Below, one piece after another: positions 27,422 through 36,505 of a stretch of DNA of 64,000 bases (the first letter of the stretch is position 1; every line of letters begins with the position of its first letter). This DNA is from Candidatus Omnitrophota bacterium (GTDB taxonomy: Bacteria > Omnitrophota > Gorgyraeia > JABMRG01). A program made the position numbers and the translations under genes. Below the pieces are notes generated by a model, which worked only from the letters and a program-made list of their open reading frames with translations, was not told where the DNA came from and did not search any database. The DNA is taken from assembly GCA_041650035.1 (NCBI GenBank), contig JBAZLY010000003.1, forward strand, positions 966 through 64,965. The letters run 5' to 3'.

Positions 27422-28342
27422 TTAATCAAACAAACCAGTGCTCAAATATCTTTCCCCTGTATCAGGCAGGAGGACAACTATACGCCGTTCGGGCGCCTTG
27501 GACCTTTTGGCAATCTTTAAACCGGCAAAAAAAGCCGCCCCGCCGGATACCCCCGTCAAAATGCCTTCTTTACGCGCGAGTTCTTTCACGGCACCCTTCG
27601 CGTCATCATAGCCTACCCTGACAACCTCATCTATTAAACTCCTGTCAAGTGCCTGCGGGATAAAACCTGCGCCTATGCCCTGTATTTTGTGCGGACCGGG
27701 TTTTCTGCCGGACAATACGGCCGAGCAGCGGGGTTCTACGGCAATAATCTGAATATTATTTATGCGCCTTTTAAGCGTAAATCCTGCCCCCGTCAATGTG
27801 CCGCCTGTGCCGACTCCGGTAACAAAGAAATCAATCTTTCCGCCGGTATCTCGTATCAATTCTTTGGCCGTTGTCTCGCGATGGGCTCGCGCGTTGGCAG
27901 GATTGGCAAACTGTTCAGGCATAAAAGCGCGGGGCATCTTGCGTAGTATCTCCTGCGCCTTTTTCACGGCACCCTTTAAACCGCTTTTTCCAGGCGTTAA
28001 AATAATTTCAGCCCCAAAGGCCTTTAGAAGCCCGCGTCTTTCAACGCTCATGGTATCTGGCATAACAATGATCAGCCTGTACCCATAGACAGCCGCTATA
28101 AAAGCAAGTGCGATACCGGTATTCCCACTGGTGGCCTCAACTATAGTCGAACCCGGCCTTATCAATCCTTTTTTCCTGGCGTCCTCTACCATAAAAAGAG
28201 CGGCACGGTCCTTGACGCTTGAAAGCGGGTTAAAGCTCTCCAGCTTCAAAAGGACCTCGGCGCCATGCGTCTTTATCCTGTTCACCCTGATTAGCGGTGT
28301 CCTGCCTATAGTTTTTGTAATATCCGCGAATATATGCGACAT
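27422..28342 (-). CDS. cysK: cysteine synthase A (O-acetylserine sulfhydrylase)
   Basis: PLP-lysine block ESFNPLSSVKDRAA and TSGNTGIALA. Start taken at MSHIFADITKTIGRTPLIRVN (28342). Confidence 0.9.
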   Translation of the reverse strand: MSHIFADITKTIGRTPLIRVNRIKTHGAEVLLKLESFNPLSSVKDRAALFMVEDARKKGLIRPGSTIVEATSGNTGIALAFIAAVYGYRLIIVMPDTMSVERRGLLKAFGAEIILTPGKSGLKGAVKKAQEILRKMPRAFMPEQFANPANARAHRETTAKELIRDTGGKIDFFVTGVGTGGTLTGAGFTLKRRINNIQIIAVEPRCSAVLSGRKPGPHKIQGIGAGFIPQALDRSLIDEVVRVGYDDAKGAVKELARKEGILTGVSGGAAFFAGLKIAKRSKAPERRIVVLLPDTGERYLSTGLFD

Positions 28343-28432
28343 GTCACCGCCCGGTAAAATTATGTTAAAATACAAAAATAATGTATCACATTTTCATTGT
28401 TTTATCAAGGGGGAGAGCCCGCCCCGATAAGT

Positions 28433-29758
28433 CTAACCGCGGGGATGCGACGGTTTTTTCTTTAATCCTGAAAGATACTCTTTTATGCGTTTTTCATAAC
28501 CTATTTCAGACGGTTCATAGTATTTCCTAAATTGAGGCATATAGTCCTGCTCCACATAATGACCTTCATAATCATGCGCGTATTTATAACCCGCCCCGCG
28601 TCCGAATTGCCTGGCACCTTTATAGCTGGCGTCCTTAAGGCTGTCGGGGACATCAAGGGTACGCCCATTTTTGACATCCGACAGGGCCTTTTCTATACCA
28701 AGATATGAGGCATTTGACTTGCCCGCTGTGGCAATGTAGACAACCGCCTGGGCTAAAGGGATACGGGCCTCAGGCATGCCGATAAATTCGGCGGCATTTA
28801 ATGCGGCATTAGCGACGACCAGCGCCTGCGGATCGGCATTTCCCACATCCTCCGCGGCGCATATAACAATCCTTCTTGCTATAAAACGCGGGTCCTCGCC
28901 GGCATAGAGCATCTTCGCAAGCCAGTATAAAGCGGCGTCAGGATCTGAACCTCGCATAGACTTGATAAAAGCTGATATGGTATCATAATGGCCGTCTTCA
29001 TCTTTGTCGTACACAACAGCTTTTTTTTGTATGGATTCCTCCGCCACCCGCAAAGTATAACGCACAAACCCGTCTTTATCCGCCGGCGTTGTAACAGCTC
29101 CTATCTCTAAAGCGTTCAAGGCCCTGCGTGCGTCCCCGTCGGATATCTTGGCCAGAAAACCCAAAGCGCTGTCATCTATTCTGATATTCATCGCCCCCAG
29201 GCCTCTCTCCTTATCGCCCGCTGCATTGTTCAAGATCCTCTTTATCTCATCCTCCGTTAAGGGCTTTAATTCGAACACAAGAGAGCGCGATATAAGGGCC
29301 GGTATAATATAAAAGAACGGATTGTGTGTCGTAGCGCCGATAAACATAATATCAGCTTCCTCGATATAAGGCATAAGCACATCCTGCTGGGACTTATTAA
29401 ACCGGTGCAACTCATCCACAAAGAGTATCGTGCCTTTACCTGACATTAAGCGCATTTTCTTCGCCGTCTCGATTGCCTTGCGCATCTCCGAGACATTTGA
29501 GGATACCGCGTTTATCTGGCAAAAACAACTCTTCGTGGTATTGTTGATCACATGGGCAAGACAATTTTTACCCACACCACTAGGCCCATAGAATATGAAA
29601 GAACGCGCCCTGTCCGCCTCAATGGCACGGCTCAACAGCTTGTCCTTACCTACAATATGCGTCTGTCCGACAAATTCATCCAGATTACGCGGGCGCATGC
29701 GTAATGCCAGCGGCAATTCTTTTTGCGTGATCATCTGAGATTTCTCGAATAAGTCCAT
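28433..29758 (-). CDS. rarA: replication-associated recombination protein A (RarA/MgsA AAA+ ATPase)
   Basis: LRMRPRNLDEFVGQ, Walker A GPSGVGKNCLA, LFVDELHRFNKSQQD, and the MgsA C-terminal domain. Start taken at ATG 29758. Confidence 0.9.
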   Translation of the reverse strand: MDLFEKSQMITQKELPLALRMRPRNLDEFVGQTHIVGKDKLLSRAIEADRARSFIFYGPSGVGKNCLAHVINNTTKSCFCQINAVSSNVSEMRKAIETAKKMRLMSGKGTILFVDELHRFNKSQQDVLMPYIEEADIMFIGATTHNPFFYIIPALISRSLVFELKPLTEDEIKRILNNAAGDKERGLGAMNIRIDDSALGFLAKISDGDARRALNALEIGAVTTPADKDGFVRYTLRVAEESIQKKAVVYDKDEDGHYDTISAFIKSMRGSDPDAALYWLAKMLYAGEDPRFIARRIVICAAEDVGNADPQALVVANAALNAAEFIGMPEARIPLAQAVVYIATAGKSNASYLGIEKALSDVKNGRTLDVPDSLKDASYKGARQFGRGAGYKYAHDYEGHYVEQDYMPQFRKYYEPSEIGYEKRIKEYLSGLKKKPSHPRG

Positions 29759-29823
29759 TGTCTTGTTGCGGTAGACGGTCAATGATTTATCTTACTGCGG
29801 CGCGTGTTTATCGGTGCGTATCA

Positions 29824-29852
29824 AATATAAAAACCCCGCACATGCCGGGCAA
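29824..29852 (-). promoter_or_regulatory. sigma70-type promoter (TTGCCC-17-TATATT) for rarA
   Basis: Minus strand reads acTTGCCCggcatgtgcggggttttTATATTtga. Confidence 0.45.
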
Positions 29853-30051
29853 GTAACGCACTTTGAACCCTTATAATAAAGTGGGTGCCTTCTCAAAGGT
29901 TTCTTCGGTTTCTCTCTGTAAAGAGAGCATGCCTTCCACCCCTGAAGCTAAGCTCCCGATATAAAGGTGTTGGCTCAAAGTATCGTCAAAAAGCCACGCA
30001 CACAGCAGGGATAGAATAAATATAGCACGGTTTCCGGGCTAAATCAAGACC

Positions 30052-32085
30052 TTAACGCAAGATCACCCCAAAAGACGCCTTGATGCCGGTCCGTATCGAG
30101 GCATCGGCAGAGTTGATCTCTTCTTCCGTTAATGTCTTTTCCCTGGACCTGAATACAATACGGATAGCCAGGCCTCTATAACCTTGCTCGATCTGCTTGC
30201 CTCGATACTCATTCAACAATTCTATGTTCTCAACAATAGGGCCCCCTATACGTCTTGCTAATGCGGCTATCTGCTGATACTCTACGGATGTACTCACTGC
30301 GAATGATATATCCCGGCACGCATACGGGAATCGCGGCAAGGGTTTATAACCGCGCCGCGGCTGGGCCAACGCGCAGACCTGGTCAAAATTGATCTCGCCG
30401 GCATACACGGCGCCTGTTATCCCATAAGCCCTGGCGATATTGCCCCTTAGTCTGCCAAAACAGCCAAGTATAAGGCTGCCGGAGATCGCGGCCATACAAT
30501 AATGCTCATCAAACAATTGAGACATTGTATTTTCAAACTTAAACTCCTTCACTCCAAGCGTATCCATAAGACACAGTATAACACCTTTAAGCCGGAAGAA
30601 GCTGTCTTCGGGGGCGGTTTTTTTCTCTATACGCGGCTTCAAATATAACGCAATAGCCAGACGGTTTTCTTCCAAATAATTGTTTTGGGCCCTGACATAA
30701 GCATGGGATAATTCAAATAACCTAACATCATATAACTGCCTGCTTATATTATAGGCCGCCGTTTTTATTATCCCGGGGATCAATGAAGGCCTCATTATCT
30801 CCTGCTCTTTGCTTTGAGGGTTTTTTACCGTGATGCAATCATCCTCATCCCAGGGCATATCTTTTATCATATCCCTGCCGATAAGACTGTAAGATATGAC
30901 CTCGTTGAACCCGTTCGCCATAAGCGCGTCTTTGGCCATATCGTGTTTAGCGGCAAGATCTCTTGTATTATCATCTGGGCTTGTTATCACAATCGACGGT
31001 GCAACCGCTGCAATACGCTCATATCCATATATCCTTGCGACCTCTTCTATAAGATCCGCCTCCCGCCATGTATCTTGACGATATGAAGGGGCAGAAACCT
31101 CTAATATGCATCCGCCTTGGGCCTTATACCCCAAGCGGACAAGTATCTGCCTTGCCTGCGCGGGCCGTATAGCCGTGCCGAGTATCTTATTGAGATACGC
31201 TACGCGCAGGATGATTTTCGCGCGGACAGAGGCCTGTTTGCCCGATGAAAAAAACGCGCCCACATGGGCCTTGGCAATATCCTTCATAAGGCATGCCGCC
31301 CTATCTGAAGCGTAAATGGTATTGTGACTGTCAGCCCCCCGCTCAAAACGGTAACTTGAATCCGTCGACAGGCCCAGGGCAAGAGATGAGCGTCTGATCC
31401 TTACCGGGTCAAAACAGGCACTTTCCAAAAGCACATTTTTAGTTGACGGCGATATAGCAGAATCCGCGCCTCCGATGATACCAGCTATCGCGTAGACCTT
31501 ATGCCTGTCACCTATCACAATGACCCCGGGATTAAGTGTCCTCTGCGTACCGTCTATGGTCACCAGCTGTTCATCAATCTTCGCGGGCCTGATAATAATC
31601 TCATCACCCGATAACCGGTCCATATCAAAGACATGTAAAGGCTGGCCTGTTTCAAAAAGCACAAAATTCGTTATGTCAACCACGTTATTAATAGACTGAA
31701 GACCCACCGCATTCAATCTTCTTACTAACCATAACGGTGAGGGCCCAACCTTTACACCCCTTAAAACACGCGCAGTATAAAATGGGCAGCCGTTTTCATC
31801 ATCCCTGATAATCCTAAAATCCTGTTTCTGGCCCTGTGTTCTTAACCTTTTTTTCCGCGGCGCCTTAAACGGCTTATCCGTTATCGCCGATATCTCGCGG
31901 GCTATGCCCAAATGTGAAAGACAATCAGGCCTGTTAGGGGTAACATCTATATCAAAAATAAAATCCCCGGCTTTTTGTTTTACAGAAGAGACCTCATGGC
32001 CTGCCATAGTCAGCCAATGCGCGAGCAGATTAGGCCGGACCTTGGTATTAACATATTCTCTAAGCCATTTATAGGATATCTTCAT
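30052..32085 (-). CDS. pheT: phenylalanyl-tRNA synthetase beta subunit (short form lacking the N-terminal OB tRNA-binding domain)
   Basis: 677 aa. The sequence goes from MKISYKWLREYV...LTMAGHEVSSVKQKAGD directly to FIFDIDVTPNRPDCLSHLGIAREI. B3/4, B5 and the C-terminal FDX-ACB-like domain are present. Confidence 0.9.
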   Translation of the reverse strand: MKISYKWLREYVNTKVRPNLLAHWLTMAGHEVSSVKQKAGDFIFDIDVTPNRPDCLSHLGIAREISAITDKPFKAPRKKRLRTQGQKQDFRIIRDDENGCPFYTARVLRGVKVGPSPLWLVRRLNAVGLQSINNVVDITNFVLFETGQPLHVFDMDRLSGDEIIIRPAKIDEQLVTIDGTQRTLNPGVIVIGDRHKVYAIAGIIGGADSAISPSTKNVLLESACFDPVRIRRSSLALGLSTDSSYRFERGADSHNTIYASDRAACLMKDIAKAHVGAFFSSGKQASVRAKIILRVAYLNKILGTAIRPAQARQILVRLGYKAQGGCILEVSAPSYRQDTWREADLIEEVARIYGYERIAAVAPSIVITSPDDNTRDLAAKHDMAKDALMANGFNEVISYSLIGRDMIKDMPWDEDDCITVKNPQSKEQEIMRPSLIPGIIKTAAYNISRQLYDVRLFELSHAYVRAQNNYLEENRLAIALYLKPRIEKKTAPEDSFFRLKGVILCLMDTLGVKEFKFENTMSQLFDEHYCMAAISGSLILGCFGRLRGNIARAYGITGAVYAGEINFDQVCALAQPRRGYKPLPRFPYACRDISFAVSTSVEYQQIAALARRIGGPIVENIELLNEYRGKQIEQGYRGLAIRIVFRSREKTLTEEEINSADASIRTGIKASFGVILR

Positions 32086-32087
32086 GG

Positions 32088-33128
32088 TTAAAATTGCCCT
32101 AAAAATCTTAAATCATTTTCGTAAAAAAACCTTATATCATCAATACCATGTTTTAACATAGCTATTCTTTCAACACCCATGCCAAAAGCAAGGCCGCTAA
32201 ATTTATCGGGATCTATATCGACGGCCCGAAACACGTTCGGGTCAACCATGCCAGAGCCAAGTATCTCAAGCCAACCGCTTTGCGAACACACCCTGCACCC
32301 TCGGCCCTGGCAGATAATGCAGGACACATCTACCTCGGCGCTTGGTTCCGTAAATGGAAAAAAATGCGGCCTGAACCTTACCTTTGCCGAACTACCGAAA
32401 CACTGCCGGACAAATTCAAATAAGACCCATTTAAGATTGGCAAAGCTTATATTATCCCCCACCATTAATCCCTCAACCTGGTGGAACATAAAAGAGTGGC
32501 TGGCATCAGTCGCGTCAGGCCTGAACACCTTGCCGGGCACGACTATGGAAAAAGGCGGTTTATGTTTCAACATATACCGTATCTGCATAGGGGATGTGTG
32601 GCTTCTAAGAAGGCGCCTTGTCTGTTTATTCGATTCAAAATTCTCCGTGTTAAGATAAAAGGTATCAAACGCCTCTCTTGACGGGTGATCGGGCGGTATA
32701 TTGAGAGCTTCAAAATTATTAAACTCGTTTTCGATCTCCGGACCTTCAACAACACCAAACCCCATACGGGAAAAAATCCCGCATATATCACCTATTATTT
32801 TTGTTATAAGATGCCCTTTGCCGATCGGCGGACAGATGCCCGGCATCGTCGCGTCAAACATCTCCCGGCAGGCGGGGCGGGAGCCGCTTGAAAGCGCGGC
32901 CGCCTTCTTCTTAAGAGCCTCTTCAACCACAAACTTGAGCCCGTTTAACCGCTGGCCAAGTACCGGCCTGTCCTGTGCGCCGCAAGCGGCAAGCTCTTTA
33001 TAAAGAACCGCAAAAACCCCTTTTCTGCTTAAGTATTTTGCGCGCACCGCTTCAAGCCCTTGCGGCGTGAAGGCCGCCTCAATCTCGGATAATGCCAGAG
33101 TCTCTATCTCTTTTAAGCGGTGTTCCAC
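32088..33128 (-). CDS. pheS: phenylalanyl-tRNA synthetase alpha subunit
   Basis: 346 aa with class II motifs FRPDATDASHSFMFHQVEG and GMGVERIAML. Confidence 0.95.
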   Translation of the reverse strand: MEHRLKEIETLALSEIEAAFTPQGLEAVRAKYLSRKGVFAVLYKELAACGAQDRPVLGQRLNGLKFVVEEALKKKAAALSSGSRPACREMFDATMPGICPPIGKGHLITKIIGDICGIFSRMGFGVVEGPEIENEFNNFEALNIPPDHPSREAFDTFYLNTENFESNKQTRRLLRSHTSPMQIRYMLKHKPPFSIVVPGKVFRPDATDASHSFMFHQVEGLMVGDNISFANLKWVLFEFVRQCFGSSAKVRFRPHFFPFTEPSAEVDVSCIICQGRGCRVCSQSGWLEILGSGMVDPNVFRAVDIDPDKFSGLAFGMGVERIAMLKHGIDDIRFFYENDLRFLGQF

Positions 33129-33130
33129 GG

Positions 33131-33796
33131 CTATTCCTTCTGTTTAAGCCTTTCTATATCTTCATTTGATCCAATGACCATAAGCTTATCCGCGGCCTTT
33201 ATCTTGTAATCCGCCTCGGGCATGGAGTTGACCATTTCAACACCGGCTTCATCAACACTCTTTATGGCCGCTATGTTCAAGCCGTATTTGGCCCGGACGC
33301 TTAATTGTTTGAGGCTTTTGCCGATAAACTCTTTCGGCGCTTCTATTTCTATGATACTACAAGCGGATGACAAATCTATGTGTTCGCTTACTTTAGGCGA
33401 GGTAAGCGAATTGGCGATACGTATCCCCATATCCCTCTCCGGGAACACTATCCTGTTGGCGCCTATCTTTTCCAGCACCTTACCCTGCTCTTCAGTCACG
33501 GCCTTGGCTACAACCTCTTTGATCCCTATTTCCTTTAAAACCAACGTAATAAGCACCGACGCCTCGATGTTCCCGCCAACACTGACAACGGCGACATCAA
33601 CAGAATCAACACCTATCGCCTTTAACGCCTTTTCGTCCGTAGCATCCGCGCATACCGCCTGTGTAACAATCTCGGAAAAATCCTGCACCTTCTCATCCTC
33701 GATATCGATAGCCAGGACCTGATAACCTTTTTCACTCAATGTTTTCGCGACGCTGGCGCCAAACCTGTCCAATCCTATTACAGCAAACTGCCTCAT
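33131..33796 (-). CDS. trkA: Trk/Ktr potassium uptake system, NAD-binding peripheral subunit
   Basis: 221 aa with Rossmann motif VIGLDRFGASVA plus a TrkA_C domain. Adjacent to the membrane subunit. Confidence 0.85.
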   Translation of the reverse strand: MRQFAVIGLDRFGASVAKTLSEKGYQVLAIDIEDEKVQDFSEIVTQAVCADATDEKALKAIGVDSVDVAVVSVGGNIEASVLITLVLKEIGIKEVVAKAVTEEQGKVLEKIGANRIVFPERDMGIRIANSLTSPKVSEHIDLSSACSIIEIEAPKEFIGKSLKQLSVRAKYGLNIAAIKSVDEAGVEMVNSMPEADYKIKAADKLMVIGSNEDIERLKQKE

Positions 33797-33854
33797 ATCC
33801 GCACCTCACCTATTTATACTGCTATTGTCTAAAATACCCGCCCGCGCATAATAG

Positions 33855-35219
33855 TTAACCGATCATAAGCTTTTCTTCCGGATAACGATAATCGATCTTG
33901 TCATTTCTCATCGCGATGGCAAGCGCGAGCGTTAACGGGCCCACCCTGCCTATTAGCATGGTAGATATGATAATAATCTTGCCTAAAAACGTCAACTCCG
34001 GCGTGATGCCCATGGAAAGGCCCACAGTCCCGAATGCAGATGTCGATTCAAACAACATACTTAAAAAATAATGGCTGCTGTGCGAAGGCGCGCTTTCAGT
34101 GGCAGAAAGCAAAAAGGTGGACGCCAAGACAACGCCAAAGGCAAGAAAAAACGTAACAAAGACGCGCCTATATGTTTCTTTCGGTATAGTCTTTTTAAAA
34201 ATCGTAATTCTGTCTCTGTTTTTGAACATAGAATAAAATGATGCTATCATAACACCGAATGTAACAGTCTTGATACCGCCCCCCGTTGAACCCGGAGATG
34301 CCCCGATAAACATGAGCATTATGATAGTAAACAGCGTGACCGGCCTTAAGGAGGCCGTCTCGAGCACATTAAATCCGGCTGTCCTGGCCGTCACCGAAGT
34401 AAAAACACATGAGATAAGCCGGTTGCCAAGTGTCATGCCGCGTAGGGCGTAATTACGCTCAAAACAATAAACAGCGAGCGCACCCATAATGATAAGAAAT
34501 AAAGACACAAGAACAACGATCTTGGTCTGCAGGCTTATGCGTGAAGGAATAAGTCTTCTGTCTTTTTTCCAAAATGTTAATTTCGGTATATCCATAAAAA
34601 CCACAAAACCTAAACCACCGATAATAATCAGGGAAGAAAATACGGACATGGCAAATATATCACCGGAAAAAAACTTCAGACTATGCGGGAACAGTGAAAA
34701 TCCTGCATTGCAAAAAGCGGATACCGAGTGGAATACCGCGCGTTTTAACGTCACAAAACCACCCCAATCAAAAAGACTCAACCACCTAATATATAGCAAC
34801 GCGGCACCGGCCGCCTCGACGGCAAGCGTGAACATAACTATATATAACACAAGTCTGCGCAGACCCCCTATCCGAGTATGGTTTAGAGCGCTTCTTATAG
34901 TGATATTATCTGACATAGAAAACTTCCGGCCCAGCAGAATGGCAAACATGGCGGAAAATGTCATGATACCTAAACCGCCTGCCTGCATCAGGCAAAGTAC
35001 CACAAGTTTTCCGAATTGCGAAAAACAGGAACCTATGTCATGCGGAACCAGGCCTGTCACGCAAACAGCGCTTGTCGCCACAAACACGCTGTCAATCGGG
35101 CGTGCCTTGCATCCAGGCACCGTGGCGGCTGGCAAGCTCAACAAGATTGCCCCCAAGACGATTGCCAAAAAAAAGCTCAATACAACGACTTGAGCAGGCT
35201 GAAGTTTTATTTTACGCAT
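33855..35219 (-). CDS. trkH: Trk/Ktr potassium uptake system, membrane subunit (TrkH/KtrB family)
   Basis: 454 aa polytopic protein with four selectivity-filter-like MPM repeats (GGLGIMTF, ARTAGFN, GSTGGGIKT, GTVGLSMG). Confidence 0.85.
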   Translation of the reverse strand: MRKIKLQPAQVVVLSFFLAIVLGAILLSLPAATVPGCKARPIDSVFVATSAVCVTGLVPHDIGSCFSQFGKLVVLCLMQAGGLGIMTFSAMFAILLGRKFSMSDNITIRSALNHTRIGGLRRLVLYIVMFTLAVEAAGAALLYIRWLSLFDWGGFVTLKRAVFHSVSAFCNAGFSLFPHSLKFFSGDIFAMSVFSSLIIIGGLGFVVFMDIPKLTFWKKDRRLIPSRISLQTKIVVLVSLFLIIMGALAVYCFERNYALRGMTLGNRLISCVFTSVTARTAGFNVLETASLRPVTLFTIIMLMFIGASPGSTGGGIKTVTFGVMIASFYSMFKNRDRITIFKKTIPKETYRRVFVTFFLAFGVVLASTFLLSATESAPSHSSHYFLSMLFESTSAFGTVGLSMGITPELTFLGKIIIISTMLIGRVGPLTLALAIAMRNDKIDYRYPEEKLMIG

Positions 35220-35242
35220 ATAAACAAAGCCTAAAAGCCCTA

Positions 35243-35596
35243 TTATTTTTTGTGTTTTGCGATATCAACTAATTTACTGAACACTGTTTTATGCGACACG
35301 GCCAATTCCGCCAATGATTTTCTGTTGATCAGCACCTTGGCCTTTGCTAAGCCGGCGACAAATTCGGAATATTTGACCCCATTGGCCTTGCAAGCCGCGC
35401 TAATCCTGACTATCCACAAAGAACGAAAATCCCGTTTCTTGACCTTTCTGTCCCTGTAGGAATAGGCCCTGGCCCTGGCCACAGTCTCTTTGGCCGTCCT
35501 ATATAACTTACCCCGGCCGGCCCTATAGCCTTTCGCGGCCTTTAGGGTTCTTTTTCTGCGCTTTCTTGATGAAACACCATGCGTTACCCTTGCCAT
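35243..35596 (-). CDS. rplT: 50S ribosomal protein L20
   Basis: 117 aa, MARVTHGVSSRKRRKRTLKAAKGYRAGRGKLYR... Confidence 0.95.
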   Translation of the reverse strand: MARVTHGVSSRKRRKRTLKAAKGYRAGRGKLYRTAKETVARARAYSYRDRKVKKRDFRSLWIVRISAACKANGVKYSEFVAGLAKAKVLINRKSLAELAVSHKTVFSKLVDIAKHKK

Positions 35597-35640
35597 ATCT
35601 ATCTCCTTATTTTAATCGAAAGCATGTTTGGACGGCAGAC

Positions 35641-35832
35641 TCAATGGATCATTGACCTTAATTTCGCGGATTCTGCCTTTGTCAAAACAGTCTTATTTTT
35701 AAGGTGCCTTTTTCTTTTTCTGTTTTTGCAGGACAACAGGTGACCTGAAAAAGGCTTTTTTACCTTTACCTTGCCCCCCTTGCTTATCTTTATACGTTTT
35801 GCAACAGACTTTCTTGTTTTTAATTTAGGCAT
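35641..35832 (-). CDS. rpmI: 50S ribosomal protein L35
   Basis: 63 aa, MPKLKTRKSVAKRIKISKGGKVK... Synteny infC-rpmI-rplT. Confidence 0.92.
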   Translation of the reverse strand: MPKLKTRKSVAKRIKISKGGKVKVKKPFSGHLLSCKNRKRKRHLKNKTVLTKAESAKLRSMIH

Positions 35833-35948
35833 TACCTTCTCCTTGGATTATCCTGCGGTTATGGCGCGACAGTCCGCCGGGATTGAAAAATCCTCCCATA
35901 TATAGCGCATTTAGAAATACGCTCAAAATACCATCTATAGACACGGGT

Positions 35949-36461
35949 TTATTTGGGCGTGAGCACCATATTCATAAAAGGACCTTCTTTTGATGGCGGC
36001 TTTTCCGCTTCGCCTTTGCCCGCCACGTCAGTAATTATCCTCCGCATAAGGGCCCTGCCCATTTCCTGGTGAGCCGCCTCTCTGCCCCTGAAACGCAGAC
36101 TCACCTTGACCTTATTCCCCTTTTGAAGAAAATCCTTTATGTGACCGAGCTTGGTTAGGTAATCATGTTCTTCTATGGTTACTTTATACCTTACCTCTTT
36201 CATTTTGATCACATGCTGATGTTTCCTGGCCTCTTTTTCCTTTTTGCCCTGGTCATATTTGAACTTACTATAATCCATTATCCGGCAGACAGGCGGCCTT
36301 GACATCGGGGCCACCTCGACAAGATCAAGGTCTGATTCGCGCGCCTTTACCAGCGCGGCCTGCGGGGTCATCACACCAAGCTGTTCACCCTCCGCCCCGA
36401 TCACTCGTATCTCGCTTATCCTTATCTGTTCATTTATTCGCAAACGATTTTGTATAACAAT
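35949..36461 (-). CDS. infC: translation initiation factor IF-3 (probable ATT start)
   Basis: RINEQIRISEIRVIGAEGEQLGVM... The ORF-track start is TTG 36443. The in-frame ATT at 36461-36459 lies 6 nt after GGAGG (GGAGGgaggggATT), matching the conserved AUU start of infC. Confidence 0.85.
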   Translation of the reverse strand: MVIQNRLRINEQIRISEIRVIGAEGEQLGVMTPQAALVKARESDLDLVEVAPMSRPPVCRIMDYSKFKYDQGKKEKEARKHQHVIKMKEVRYKVTIEEHDYLTKLGHIKDFLQKGNKVKVSLRFRGREAAHQEMGRALMRRIITDVAGKGEAEKPPSKEGPFMNMVLTPK

Positions 36462-36505
36462 CCCCTCCCTCCAATAAGCGCATCGGCAAGCGCCTTGCGC
36501 CGGGA

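Noticed and set aside
34489-35193. 234-aa plus-strand ORF.
   Set aside because: It is antisense to the well-supported trkH/ktrB membrane gene and has no recognisable motifs.
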